The position numbers and the translations under genes were made by a program. 52,074 bases of DNA from Promethearchaeota archaeon (GTDB lineage Archaea > Asgardarchaeota > Lokiarchaeia > Sigyniarchaeales > SOKP01), in contig JBHLNZ010000016.1 in the NCBI GenBank assembly GCA_048941015.1, positions 1 through 52,074 on the forward strand. Reading direction: 5' to 3'. How positions within the stretch are numbered: position 1 is the stretch's first letter; every line of letters starts with the position of its first letter. Below, one piece after another: positions 19,858 through 29,372 of the stretch. The notes beneath the pieces are model-generated. The model ran no database searches. It saw only the letters and a list, made by a program, of their open reading frames with translations, and was not told the origin of the DNA.

Positions 19858-21246
19858 TTAAGAAGTTAATGTAAATTTCATTTTTTCAACAGGGTTCCAT
19901 AGTTCTTTGGCTTTTTCTACCCATTCATTAAATTTAGCTGGATTTTCTGGGAATTGTTCATAATGTTTTAGAATTTTTCCCGATATTTTCATATATTTAA
20001 GCATTGTAGATAGTGCTTTTCGGGAAAATTGCCGTGATATTAATCCCCATACGAATAATGCTACGATTTTCAACATTCTGCTAAAACTAATTTCTAACTC
20101 TAACTTTTCCCACATTGATGTAAAATCTCGAGCACTAAAAATGAAGTCTTTTTTGAAAAGATAGCATACATCCTTTTTGGTAGTATTAGCAGCTCCAGGA
20201 ATTTGTGCTAATAAAGCAGCTAGTTTTGAACCTTGATTACGAAAATATTGAATATTTATGCCCCATAAGTTTTCTCGATTTAATTCTAAATTTTGTCGTA
20301 ATGTTTCATCAATAACTTTTATGGCGATTAAACCAGCACGCCAAGAGGATTCTATTGCTTCTCCACTAAATGATTTAGACATACAGGCACTATCACCTAT
20401 ACAGAAAAATCCATTACCCACTAAAGAAAAAGGTGAACGGCGATAAGCAGTGGTAGCTCGATGTTCTTCAATAACATTATAAGGAGGGAAGGGGACTTCA
20501 TTTAGAAAAATTTCTGCAGCTTTTTCCGTATTCTCGAAACCTCCTGGTTGACCACCCCCGAAAATATTTCCATTCTCTATGAAATGAGGTGCAACCCAAG
20601 TTTTATAATAAAGCCATGAAATTGATTCTTCATACTCTCCTGTCCCAGGGTGAGGTTCATCTGGATTTATCCATTGAATCACTCTTTGAATAACATACAT
20701 TTTCTCGTCTTCTTCAATCTTAAAAGTTTCTATTCCAAAATCTTCAGGTAATGATCTTCTCACCACTGCTGCAGTACCTGTTGAATCTACAACTAATTTT
20801 CCAAAAAATTTAATTCTATTTCCATCTTGCTCTGATTCGATTCCTATTAGGTTATCTTCTTTAATTATTGGATTTTTATAATTAGTTGAAAATTGGAACT
20901 TAACACCATCAGCTTCAGCTAATTTGATTAATCTTTGTACAAAGAATTGAAATCTCATAGCAGTTATTGGATATTTCATGACTTTTTGATACTTTCCATA
21001 TGGTCCATAATAAGAAGTCCATTGAAATTTCGTAATGAATTCTTCAGTTCCTTCAACAGGAGGCGGTATTCCATATTCTTTGAATACCATCGTTTCCAAA
21101 TGAAACTGGTCCATTTTTGAACCTGTTTTTTCTTTGGAATCTTTTTCGATGATGAGAACTGAATACTTTTTCTTTGCTAACTGCCAACCTAAATAAATAC
21201 CTACTGGTCCGGCTCCTACAATAATTATGTCTAATGGGGTTTCCAT
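19858..21246 (-). CDS. FAD-dependent oxidoreductase (geranylgeranyl reductase/FixC-like)
   Basis: DIIIVGAGPVG, VVDSTG, IGDSA motifs. Confidence 0.8.
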   Translation of the reverse strand: METPLDIIIVGAGPVGIYLGWQLAKKKYSVLIIEKDSKEKTGSKMDQFHLETMVFKEYGIPPPVEGTEEFITKFQWTSYYGPYGKYQKVMKYPITAMRFQFFVQRLIKLAEADGVKFQFSTNYKNPIIKEDNLIGIESEQDGNRIKFFGKLVVDSTGTAAVVRRSLPEDFGIETFKIEEDEKMYVIQRVIQWINPDEPHPGTGEYEESISWLYYKTWVAPHFIENGNIFGGGQPGGFENTEKAAEIFLNEVPFPPYNVIEEHRATTAYRRSPFSLVGNGFFCIGDSACMSKSFSGEAIESSWRAGLIAIKVIDETLRQNLELNRENLWGINIQYFRNQGSKLAALLAQIPGAANTTKKDVCYLFKKDFIFSARDFTSMWEKLELEISFSRMLKIVALFVWGLISRQFSRKALSTMLKYMKISGKILKHYEQFPENPAKFNEWVEKAKELWNPVEKMKFTLTS

Positions 21247-21411
21247 TTTTCACATTCATATTTTCTAATTTAGAATATTAATTTAGGAAAATATTCAATT
21301 AATTTTAGAATTTTATATTTGAAAAATGTTTGAAAAAAGGAACAGTAGGAAACAAATAAAGGTATTTTAATTAAAAAAGATATTAATTTACAAAGAAGGA
21401 TGTGATTTTAA

Positions 21412-22239
21412 ATGGATAATGTTAAAGTTTCTGTGGTTCAATATTCTTATAAACCTATAAGAACATTTGATGATTTTGAAAATGATGTTAAAAAACTTAT
21501 CAATAAAGCATCAAGTTCAGATTTTATTATATTTCCAGAGACATTTACTTTAGAACTCCAATATATCATACCAGATAATGATATAAGTAGAGTGACTCAA
21601 TATACGGAAAAATATTTAACCTTATTTCAAAATTTGTCTCAGAAAAAGGGGCAATATATTGTAGCAGGTTCGCACTTAGTGATTCAAAATGAAAAAGAAT
21701 ACAATACAGGATATATATTTTGTCCAGACGGTGAAATTTTCACTCACCAAAAAACTCATCTCTTTCCATTAGAAGCAGCAATAGGTGTAATACCTGGTAA
21801 TACTTTAGAAGTATTTGAAACTGAGAAAGCAATAGTAGCATTAGCCATTTGTTATGAGATGGAATTTCCAGAGGTCTGTAGAACCTATGCTTTGAAAGGA
21901 GCAGAAATTATTTTTTGCCCTTCAAATACTGTGGATGAACATGGCTTTTGGAGGGTAAGGCATTGCTCTCAAGCAAGTGCAATTCAAAATCAAGTATATA
22001 TCGCACATTCTTGTTTAGTAGGAAACCCTCCTCTTAAAGGAATGGAAGGTTGGGGAAAATCAGCGATTTTAAGTCCATGTGAGCCTCCTTGGAATCCTAA
22101 TGGGATTATTATTGAAGCTAATGAGAATGAGGAAGCGGTTATCACAGCAGATTTAGATTTAAAACTTTTACATAGGAAAAGAAAAAGAGCTTCTGCTCCT
22201 ACATTAAAAGATAGAAGACCTGAAATTTACGAATTATAA
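21412..22239 (+). CDS. Carbon-nitrogen hydrolase (nitrilase superfamily)
   Basis: Catalytic triad motifs FPE, HQKTHL, ICYEMEFPE. Confidence 0.9.
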   Translation: MDNVKVSVVQYSYKPIRTFDDFENDVKKLINKASSSDFIIFPETFTLELQYIIPDNDISRVTQYTEKYLTLFQNLSQKKGQYIVAGSHLVIQNEKEYNTGYIFCPDGEIFTHQKTHLFPLEAAIGVIPGNTLEVFETEKAIVALAICYEMEFPEVCRTYALKGAEIIFCPSNTVDEHGFWRVRHCSQASAIQNQVYIAHSCLVGNPPLKGMEGWGKSAILSPCEPPWNPNGIIIEANENEEAVITADLDLKLLHRKRKRASAPTLKDRRPEIYEL

Positions 22240-22303
22240 ATTATTTTTCAACTTTTTCTATAGAAATATATCATTTTAATTAAAAAGAAAAAAAAATAGA
22301 ATT

Positions 22304-23395
22304 TTATAAACTAGAGCCATCTACATTTATATTTCCAGTTCCAGTTTCCAAACTAAAATCATAATTATAACTACTTGTAAAAAAATCAATAGAGTCAAAG
22401 GGGTTATATGATGGATCTACAAATCCTCCAGAATTTATACGATTAAAATTACCTGTACCCGTATCACCAAAAAAGCTAGCTCCAACAAGAGAACTCGTAT
22501 CTTCATAAGTAATAATGATATTACCTGTCCCCGTTTTTAATAATCCGGTAACATTAGCTCCCATACTTGCATCTTGATTTATCAGTAAAGTGATCTTACC
22601 AGTTCCAGTTTCTAATGATAAATCACAATTTATAGAATACTCCATGTTATTACTATTTAATGTAATTCCTCCAGTTCCAGTGGATGCAAAAATGTCATAG
22701 CCCATAATGCAATCGTTGAAATTTAATTCAATACTACCTGTACCAGCATCAGCTATAATACCATGAGTGAAGTTAGTTTCTACACTATTCAAAACAATAT
22801 TTCCGGTTCCAGTTTCTAAATATAAGTCACTTAGAAGTTTTGTGCCATTCGAGAAATCTAGATTAATGCTACCAGTACCAGATAAAGATGATACTCCATT
22901 TAGAGTTACATTATCAGGTGTGTTCAATTCAATAGATCCGGTACCTGTAGCAGCATCGAGATTATATATTAAGTCTGATCTAAGTATAACTACAACTTCT
23001 ACGTTATAGGAACTAAACCAATGAGAGGGATCAAACCAAGCACCTGGTTTTGCCTTCATGTCGAAAGTATTAGGAGTTGTTGTATTTACCCACCATTCAG
23101 TAGAGGGGGCAAAGAAATTTGTATATTTTCTTCCCGCTGCAAATAAACCAGAAATCTTCAAATCTACGTTTATTTCTACGACATATGGTGTTGCAGAAGT
23201 GTTATATTGAATATCAAGGTTAGCGATATCAGCGCTTAAATCGAGATCTTCTATCGGGGAAGGTAGTCCTTCATAATAAAAAGAGAATGAGTTTTCTATG
23301 GTACCGTAAGTCGCAAATCCAGTTATTACAAAACCTAAACCTCCACCAACTATTATCGAAGCTACAAAAATAAGAATTATATTTCGTGTACGCAT
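22304..23395 (-). CDS. DUF4097-like beta-strand-repeat protein with N-terminal anchor
   Basis: Repeated xTGTGxIx units; N-terminal TM/signal. Confidence 0.75.
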   Translation of the reverse strand: MRTRNIILIFVASIIVGGGLGFVITGFATYGTIENSFSFYYEGLPSPIEDLDLSADIANLDIQYNTSATPYVVEINVDLKISGLFAAGRKYTNFFAPSTEWWVNTTTPNTFDMKAKPGAWFDPSHWFSSYNVEVVVILRSDLIYNLDAATGTGSIELNTPDNVTLNGVSSLSGTGSINLDFSNGTKLLSDLYLETGTGNIVLNSVETNFTHGIIADAGTGSIELNFNDCIMGYDIFASTGTGGITLNSNNMEYSINCDLSLETGTGKITLLINQDASMGANVTGLLKTGTGNIIITYEDTSSLVGASFFGDTGTGNFNRINSGGFVDPSYNPFDSIDFFTSSYNYDFSLETGTGNINVDGSSL

Positions 23396-23521
23396 TTACT
23401 TTCACTTTTATAGTTAAATATTTTTTATGTGATTATGAATTAATATTAAAGTCAGATATTTAAATTAAAGTTAGGCTAATTTTTTATAAATTAAATTTAT
23501 AGTTAACTTCTGAAAAAAAAG

Positions 23522-24034
23522 TTATTTTATAAGAGATTGGCCAAATTCTTTTGCTTCTTTTAAATCTTCTGCATTTGGTCTACCCTTAATTTTTTGCATA
23601 TTTTCTCTCGCTTTCTGTCTTTGATCTTCAGGTAACTGATTTATCATCTCTAGTCTCTTTTCCATCGGAATTCCAATATTTTCCCCAATACAGTCAAATT
23701 CTCCAATCAATGAACAATTTTTTTCATTAAGAATTTTCGTAACTTTATCAAATGGTGTTTGATAAAAATCGAGACTAGCATGTGTACAAAAGTATGCAAA
23801 GCTTTGCGGTAATTTTGGAGCTTTTTTAATAAGTTGTAAAATAGATTTATCAATACGACTTGCGTATATACCTGATCCTAATATAACCAGATCATAAGAG
23901 TGTATATTTAAGGGGTCAACTTCTGCTACTGGCTTAATAACAACATTTTCTCCTGATAAACCCTCTTCTATACTATATGCCACTTTTTCGGTATTTCCTG
24001 TTTTTGAATAATAGGTTATTAAAATATTCATCAT
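23522..24034 (-). CDS. Flavodoxin-family protein
   Basis: YYSKTGNTEKVA FMN-phosphate loop; LGSGIY. Confidence 0.88.
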   Translation of the reverse strand: MMNILITYYSKTGNTEKVAYSIEEGLSGENVVIKPVAEVDPLNIHSYDLVILGSGIYASRIDKSILQLIKKAPKLPQSFAYFCTHASLDFYQTPFDKVTKILNEKNCSLIGEFDCIGENIGIPMEKRLEMINQLPEDQRQKARENMQKIKGRPNAEDLKEAKEFGQSLIK

Positions 24035-24114
24035 TAATTTAATGATTTCTACCTAAAGAAGTATACTTAATTGATTCTTTTATATTTATAAACTTTCTAA
24101 TTAATTATTTCATT

Positions 24115-24510
24115 ATGACTTTAACAATTCAAAAAACTCATAAACTAATAAATAATCAATTATGCGGCACTCCAATTGAATTAAATGAAGATTCAGCTAC
24201 AATTAAACTAATAACTAACTCTAAAATGATAACTGATGAAACTGGCCTAATCCATGGAGGATTTTTATTCAGTTTAGCCGATTATGCCGCAATGCTTGCT
24301 GTCAATCATCCTAATGTAGTGCTAGGAGGAGCAAATGTAAGGTTCACAAAACCTATAGTTGAAGGAGAGAGCTTAATAGCAAAAGCAAAAGTCGATAAAA
24401 GGGAGGGTAAAAAAATAATTGTCAAGGTTGAGATTTTTAGGGAAAATGAGCAGATTTTTATTGGTGAGTTTTTCTGTTTCACTCCAGAAAAACATGTTTT
24501 AAAGAAATAA
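24115..24510 (+). CDS. PaaI-type hotdog-fold thioesterase
   Basis: GLIHGGFLFSLAD, RFTKP. Confidence 0.88.
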   Translation: MTLTIQKTHKLINNQLCGTPIELNEDSATIKLITNSKMITDETGLIHGGFLFSLADYAAMLAVNHPNVVLGGANVRFTKPIVEGESLIAKAKVDKREGKKIIVKVEIFRENEQIFIGEFFCFTPEKHVLKK

Positions 24511-24525
24511 AATGAATGGCAAGAT

Positions 24526-25431
24526 TCAATCAAATCTAAGGTTAAAAAAATCTTTAGCATTTTCAACTGTTTGTTCACTTACAACCTTTTGCGGGATATT
24601 ATGCGAAAAAGATATTGCAGTAATAGAAAATCTTGCATTTGAAGGAACATTAATAGGGCTTCTAAGGTAAGGATGCTGATAATAACTGTCCGTCTCTGTT
24701 AATAGTGAACTTAAAGGTGCATTTTTCGTTGCATCACGCCATCTTTTAATCCCATAAGCAGAACTTGGTACTGAAAGATAAAATCCTTGTTTAGATAAAG
24801 TTAATCCATAGGGATCTGGTCCTGAAAAACAATGCCACATAACTTTGGTAGGTTTAATTTTATAATCATTGATTAAATTAAGTATTTCTCTTGTAGCTCC
24901 ATCTTGCTTATTAAATCTATGCTTTGGATTGTTTTTATCATATTCATTTTCTCCTGCATTCCTCACATGAAGTACATAAGGTTTATCGAAATCAATAGTT
25001 AATTCAAAAATTTTTTTCAATTCCTCAATTTGTTTATTTCTTTTCTCCAAAGTTTGAGCATGATGAAAATCTAAGCCAATTTCTCCGATAGCTAAATAAT
25101 TCTCTATATTATTTGTAATATAATCCACCCATTTTTTCCATTCTTCATTATATTTTTGTTTAGAAGTGTAAGTAACTGTCTGAGGCGCCCAACCGCAAGT
25201 AAATCCAATATTTTTCTTATCTTCAATAAAATTTAAAATTAATTTAAGAGTTATATTGTCAATTGAACTTGTTATTAGATATAAACCCCCTATATTAAAA
25301 TAATCTAGATATTGTTGCTCATCTGATGGAAGGTTATCAGTTTTACTAGAGCGTGGAAAAGGTAAGTGGCAATGGGCATCAATAAATTTAAGACCATCTT
25401 CAGGCTCGGGTATTTTTATCTTCTTTGTCAT
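24526..25431 (-). CDS. TatD-family metal-dependent nuclease/hydrolase
   Basis: DAHCH, IGEIGLD, LHVR, HCF, TETD. Confidence 0.88.
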   Translation of the reverse strand: MTKKIKIPEPEDGLKFIDAHCHLPFPRSSKTDNLPSDEQQYLDYFNIGGLYLITSSIDNITLKLILNFIEDKKNIGFTCGWAPQTVTYTSKQKYNEEWKKWVDYITNNIENYLAIGEIGLDFHHAQTLEKRNKQIEELKKIFELTIDFDKPYVLHVRNAGENEYDKNNPKHRFNKQDGATREILNLINDYKIKPTKVMWHCFSGPDPYGLTLSKQGFYLSVPSSAYGIKRWRDATKNAPLSSLLTETDSYYQHPYLRSPINVPSNARFSITAISFSHNIPQKVVSEQTVENAKDFFNLRFD

Positions 25432-25658
25432 TATTCAGATAATATTTTTTTTATAGAGTAATTTATGAACTAATTTATTTCTTTTTAATATAGTGTAAGA
25501 GTATTTGATCAAATTTTTATGATGATTTTTATGATATTCCCTCTTTTGATGAATTAAAATTTGATAATACAGAGTAATATCGAGATATTAGAATCATAAA
25601 TATGTGATTTAGAGTCTAATGAGATCAGTACTAAATTAAATACTTTAGACTTTAAAAG

Positions 25659-25802
25659 ATGGAATTATTTGAAGAAGAAATTGAGATTTATAATGCGAAG
25701 ATGAGACTATTAAATTGGTTATACGATGAATTAAAACTTCAATCCAGTATGTCAAAAGATCTATTAAATGAAAAAGGGCAAAAATTACCTCTCAATCTTT
25801 AA
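25659..25802 (+). CDS. Possible 47-aa helical protein or remnant of a decayed gene
   Basis: MELFEEEIEIYNAKMRLLNWLYDELK...; upstream sequence looks coding but is interrupted by stops. Confidence 0.3.
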   Translation: MELFEEEIEIYNAKMRLLNWLYDELKLQSSMSKDLLNEKGQKLPLNL

Positions 25803-25815
25803 AAGTAATATTTTT

Positions 25816-26367
25816 TCAAATTTTTTGAATTAATTTAATAGTAATTTTTTCTATAATTTCAATACAATTATTCAAATTCTCTTTTTTTGGAATATGTAAA
25901 AAGGTAACTGGATATTTATCTTGAGATAATATTAGAGCCCAGTAATAGATGAAATTACACAAATAGAAGTTGGGTGTACTAGAAATTGAAATTTGTGTCT
26001 TTTTTTCAAAAGAATAAATTAGTTGATCAATATCGATATTAGATTTGACCCTTAAAGGTTTTCCAAATTTTATAAACCCAAACTTATACTTATGATTTTC
26101 ATCTTTACCCAACCTAAAGTTCCAAGCATACAGTTCTAAATAAAATTTTTTTCCCGAATGAATTCCAGTTAAAAGAACAAGATCAAGTTCTTTATTTAGA
26201 AAATTCAATACAGTTATATATTTTTTAAGGCTAGCATCCCAATCAACAGGCAAAATTAATTTCTTAAACTCTATATTATTTAATATTTGTGGAAAAACTT
26301 TGACCGTTTCTTGACTTATATTATTCGAATACTTCCCAAATTTTTCAAAACCTGTTAATAATATCAT
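25816..26367 (-). CDS. pcp: Pyroglutamyl-peptidase I family (C15)
   Basis: MILLTGFEKFG, YLCN, FLHIP; start reassigned to ATG 26367. Confidence 0.8.
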   Translation of the reverse strand: MILLTGFEKFGKYSNNISQETVKVFPQILNNIEFKKLILPVDWDASLKKYITVLNFLNKELDLVLLTGIHSGKKFYLELYAWNFRLGKDENHKYKFGFIKFGKPLRVKSNIDIDQLIYSFEKKTQISISSTPNFYLCNFIYYWALILSQDKYPVTFLHIPKKENLNNCIEIIEKITIKLIQKI

Positions 26368-26439
26368 GATAAATGTTAATTTTTCATAAAAGCAGTTATA
26401 ATTAAAAATAAAAAAAGAAGATTTAACTCTATTATACAA

Positions 26440-26859
26440 TTATTCAGTAATCTTTTGTTTTAATTTCTCATCTTCTAACTTTTCTAATTTTTTTTCCAAA
26501 TTTTTAATTTCTTTTTCTTTTTCCTTTATTTTAGTTTTCTTTTCCTTTTCAATATTAGTCAATTTCTTCTTTAATGCATCATCCTTACCCTTAAGCAGAT
26601 TTTCATGTTGCTTTTTTAATGATTTTGTCTCAACAATGAGTCTATCCCTTTTTTTTACCCACTTATCAGATTCTTCTTTAGCTTCTTTAAGATCAACCTC
26701 TGCTGTGTCGAGTTTAGATTTTGTATCATTAATTTTGTTATCCCAATCCATCTCTATCTCTTTTTCTGCATTAGCATCTTTTTTTGAGGCATCTTCTTCA
26801 ATTCGAGTAATATCATCTTTTAGATCGCTAATTTTTGTTCTTATTTCTTCTTCAGACAT
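26440..26859 (-). CDS. Lys/Glu-rich coiled-coil protein
   Basis: Heptad-like charged sequence. Confidence 0.7.
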   Translation of the reverse strand: MSEEEIRTKISDLKDDITRIEEDASKKDANAEKEIEMDWDNKINDTKSKLDTAEVDLKEAKEESDKWVKKRDRLIVETKSLKKQHENLLKGKDDALKKKLTNIEKEKKTKIKEKEKEIKNLEKKLEKLEDEKLKQKITE

Positions 26860-26978
26860 TATACACTTACCAAATTTAATTTTTTCGTTTATCTATTAGG
26901 TTTTTTTATGTTTATTAAGTTAAAAATCTTTTTCATTCCACCAATTTTAGAGTTCTTATTTTGATTTAAGACAAGTAA

Positions 26979-28010
26979 TTAATAATCTAATTTTTCTCCA
27001 AGTGCCATTCTACATAAATCGCTGAGTAGGTAATTTTTTATTCCATTTCTTTGAACTAAAGATCCTAGACTATCTAAACACGCGGGGCAAATATATACAC
27101 ATATTTCCGCTTCATGTTCTACCATATCATTTACATTTTCTTTTTGAGCTTTTCGTGTGAGAGATTTTTTTCCTATAGTCGCAAAAATACCAGCACAGCA
27201 CATTGCATTTTCTTTATCATATTTTCTTTTTACTCTTTCAACTCCAATTAAATCACAGATTTTATCTACATAATTGTCTATTTCTGGACTGAATCTATTA
27301 GAACATGATCTCTGATATGCGATCTTCTTATTCAATTTAGTTATTTCAGATTCATGTTCTTTTAGAAAATTATAAAGATATTCATAGATATGAATCGCTT
27401 TAAAACCTTCTGGAAGTTCAATAGCGTTTCGAGGGCAATAAGAAGCGTAAAATCCATAACATTCATCATGGTAGCAAATCATCTCCTTGATATTTTGTTT
27501 TCTAATGTTCTCAATTATTATTGGGGCTCTCTCTTTTATAATTGAATCTCGGGCATAATGATGATACATTAAATTACAAAAAAAAGATAGTCCGCTGACA
27601 TATTGTAAATTATCGAAAAGCTTTCCCTGCATTCTATTCTCATTTACTCTTCCAAATCCACATTTATTTAATACAGGTTTATTAGGATCAATTTGTTTAA
27701 GTCTTAATTCAGGGTGAGGAGCAAACCTTTTAATTGTATTTTCTAGTATTTGAGGAGTAATAGCTAGGGAATTGTATTTCTCCTGTAGTTCAGTAATTAA
27801 ATCAAAAGGGTGTGAGTTATAAGGGCAATATTCATCGCAGGCAAAACAAGTTACACATTCAGATAAAACCCTTGAATTTTCTCCATTTATCAATTTATCT
27901 TTCTCTTTCCTTGCTTCTTCCAAATCTGAGAAATTTATCCATTGGCATCTAGTTAAACAATCGATGTTTTCACAGATATTACAATTAGACTTATCAAACA
28001 TAGTAATCAC
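26979..28010 (-). CDS. (Fe-S)-binding protein with CCG-like domains
   Basis: CNIC..CLTRC, CVTCFACDEYCP, CCAG, CPAC. Confidence 0.82.
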   Translation of the reverse strand: MITMFDKSNCNICENIDCLTRCQWINFSDLEEARKEKDKLINGENSRVLSECVTCFACDEYCPYNSHPFDLITELQEKYNSLAITPQILENTIKRFAPHPELRLKQIDPNKPVLNKCGFGRVNENRMQGKLFDNLQYVSGLSFFCNLMYHHYARDSIIKERAPIIIENIRKQNIKEMICYHDECYGFYASYCPRNAIELPEGFKAIHIYEYLYNFLKEHESEITKLNKKIAYQRSCSNRFSPEIDNYVDKICDLIGVERVKRKYDKENAMCCAGIFATIGKKSLTRKAQKENVNDMVEHEAEICVYICPACLDSLGSLVQRNGIKNYLLSDLCRMALGEKLDY

Positions 28011-28349
28011 AACTTGAATTTTTTAAATTAATTAATAAAATGACTCCATTATAATAAAACTAATTTTTGAGAACCATTGCTTTGAATGAAATAAGTATTT
28101 TTACTCAAACTTCCTGTAATTTTGTTTTAGATATAAATTTTATTCATTAAATCTCCTGATTATGGATAAGGTTTAATATAGGATGTAAATAAATGCCATT
28201 TAGTTAGATCTAATTAAAAATGAATCATTTAATTGTGTTGTTCGAATAATTGAACGATAAATCTTACCAAAATTAATAAAAGTAGATTTTTCCTTAATTT
28301 TTTTAATAAAAAAATAATTTTGGTAAAAAGATAATCAGGTTAGTTATTT

Positions 28350-29366
28350 ATGAATTTATTAAAATATATTTTTAAGAGATTACTTGCCTTAGTTCCGGTT
28401 TTATTTGGTGTCCTTACTTTAACATTTATTCTATCAAGATTAATGCCAGGAGACCCTGTTATAAATCACCTTCCAAAAATATTTACTGAAGAGATGTATC
28501 TTGCAAAATTAAAGGAACTTGGATTGGACAAACCAATTATAGAACAATACTTTGTCTATTTAAGGGATTTATTTACAGGTGATTGGGGTACCTCAGTCGT
28601 TATTTCTAAGGGAGCACCAGTCTGGGATTTAGTGATGGGTAGATTTACGAGAACTTTTGATATTACTATTATTGCTATCTTAATTGCATCAATTGTTGGA
28701 ATAAAAACAGGGGTTATTTCTTCCACGCATAGAAATAAAGCAAAAGATACTATTTATCGTGGTTTTGCACTTGTAGGTGTTTCTATTCCCGTATTCTGGC
28801 TAGGAATGTTGCTTCAATACCTTTTAGGATACAGACTAGATCTTTTCCCTGCTGTAGGATTTAAAACAGCAGGTATCGGTGACCCTAAAGTAATTACTAA
28901 TTTTCGAATAATTGATTGCTTAATAACAGGAAGATTTGATCTACTTTTTGATTACTTATATCATTTATTTTTACCGATTATGTGTTTATCTTTTATTACG
29001 CTAGCATCCATTACCAGACAGACACGTTCGAGTATGCTTGAGGTATTAGAACAAGATTATGTTAGAACTGCTCGAGCAAAGGGTTGTAAAGAAAAAGACG
29101 TTATAAATGCACATGCTCGTAGAAATGCTTTAATTCCTACTATCACAATAATAGGTTTAAATTTCGGAGGATTATTAGCAGGAGCTGTACTCACTGAAAC
29201 CACCTTTAACTTACATGCTGTAGGTGAACTACTAGTTTCTGCTATTCAAAATACAGATTACTGGGTTCTCAATGCTATTGTATTCGTAACAACTATCACT
29301 TTCATAATTATTAATTTAATAACCGATCTAATTTATGGTCTTATAGATCCAAGAATAAGATATTAA
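28350..29366 (+). CDS. Peptide/nickel ABC transporter permease (DppB-like)
   Basis: PGDP, GDWGTS, RSSMLEVLEQDYVRTARAKG, IDPRIRY. Confidence 0.93.
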   Translation: MNLLKYIFKRLLALVPVLFGVLTLTFILSRLMPGDPVINHLPKIFTEEMYLAKLKELGLDKPIIEQYFVYLRDLFTGDWGTSVVISKGAPVWDLVMGRFTRTFDITIIAILIASIVGIKTGVISSTHRNKAKDTIYRGFALVGVSIPVFWLGMLLQYLLGYRLDLFPAVGFKTAGIGDPKVITNFRIIDCLITGRFDLLFDYLYHLFLPIMCLSFITLASITRQTRSSMLEVLEQDYVRTARAKGCKEKDVINAHARRNALIPTITIIGLNFGGLLAGAVLTETTFNLHAVGELLVSAIQNTDYWVLNAIVFVTTITFIIINLITDLIYGLIDPRIRY

Positions 29367-29372
29367 ATCAGA

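Noticed and set aside
26368-26439. N-terminal extension of pcp in the ORF track
   Set aside because: The family begins at MILLTGF; the extension is low-complexity intergenic sequence
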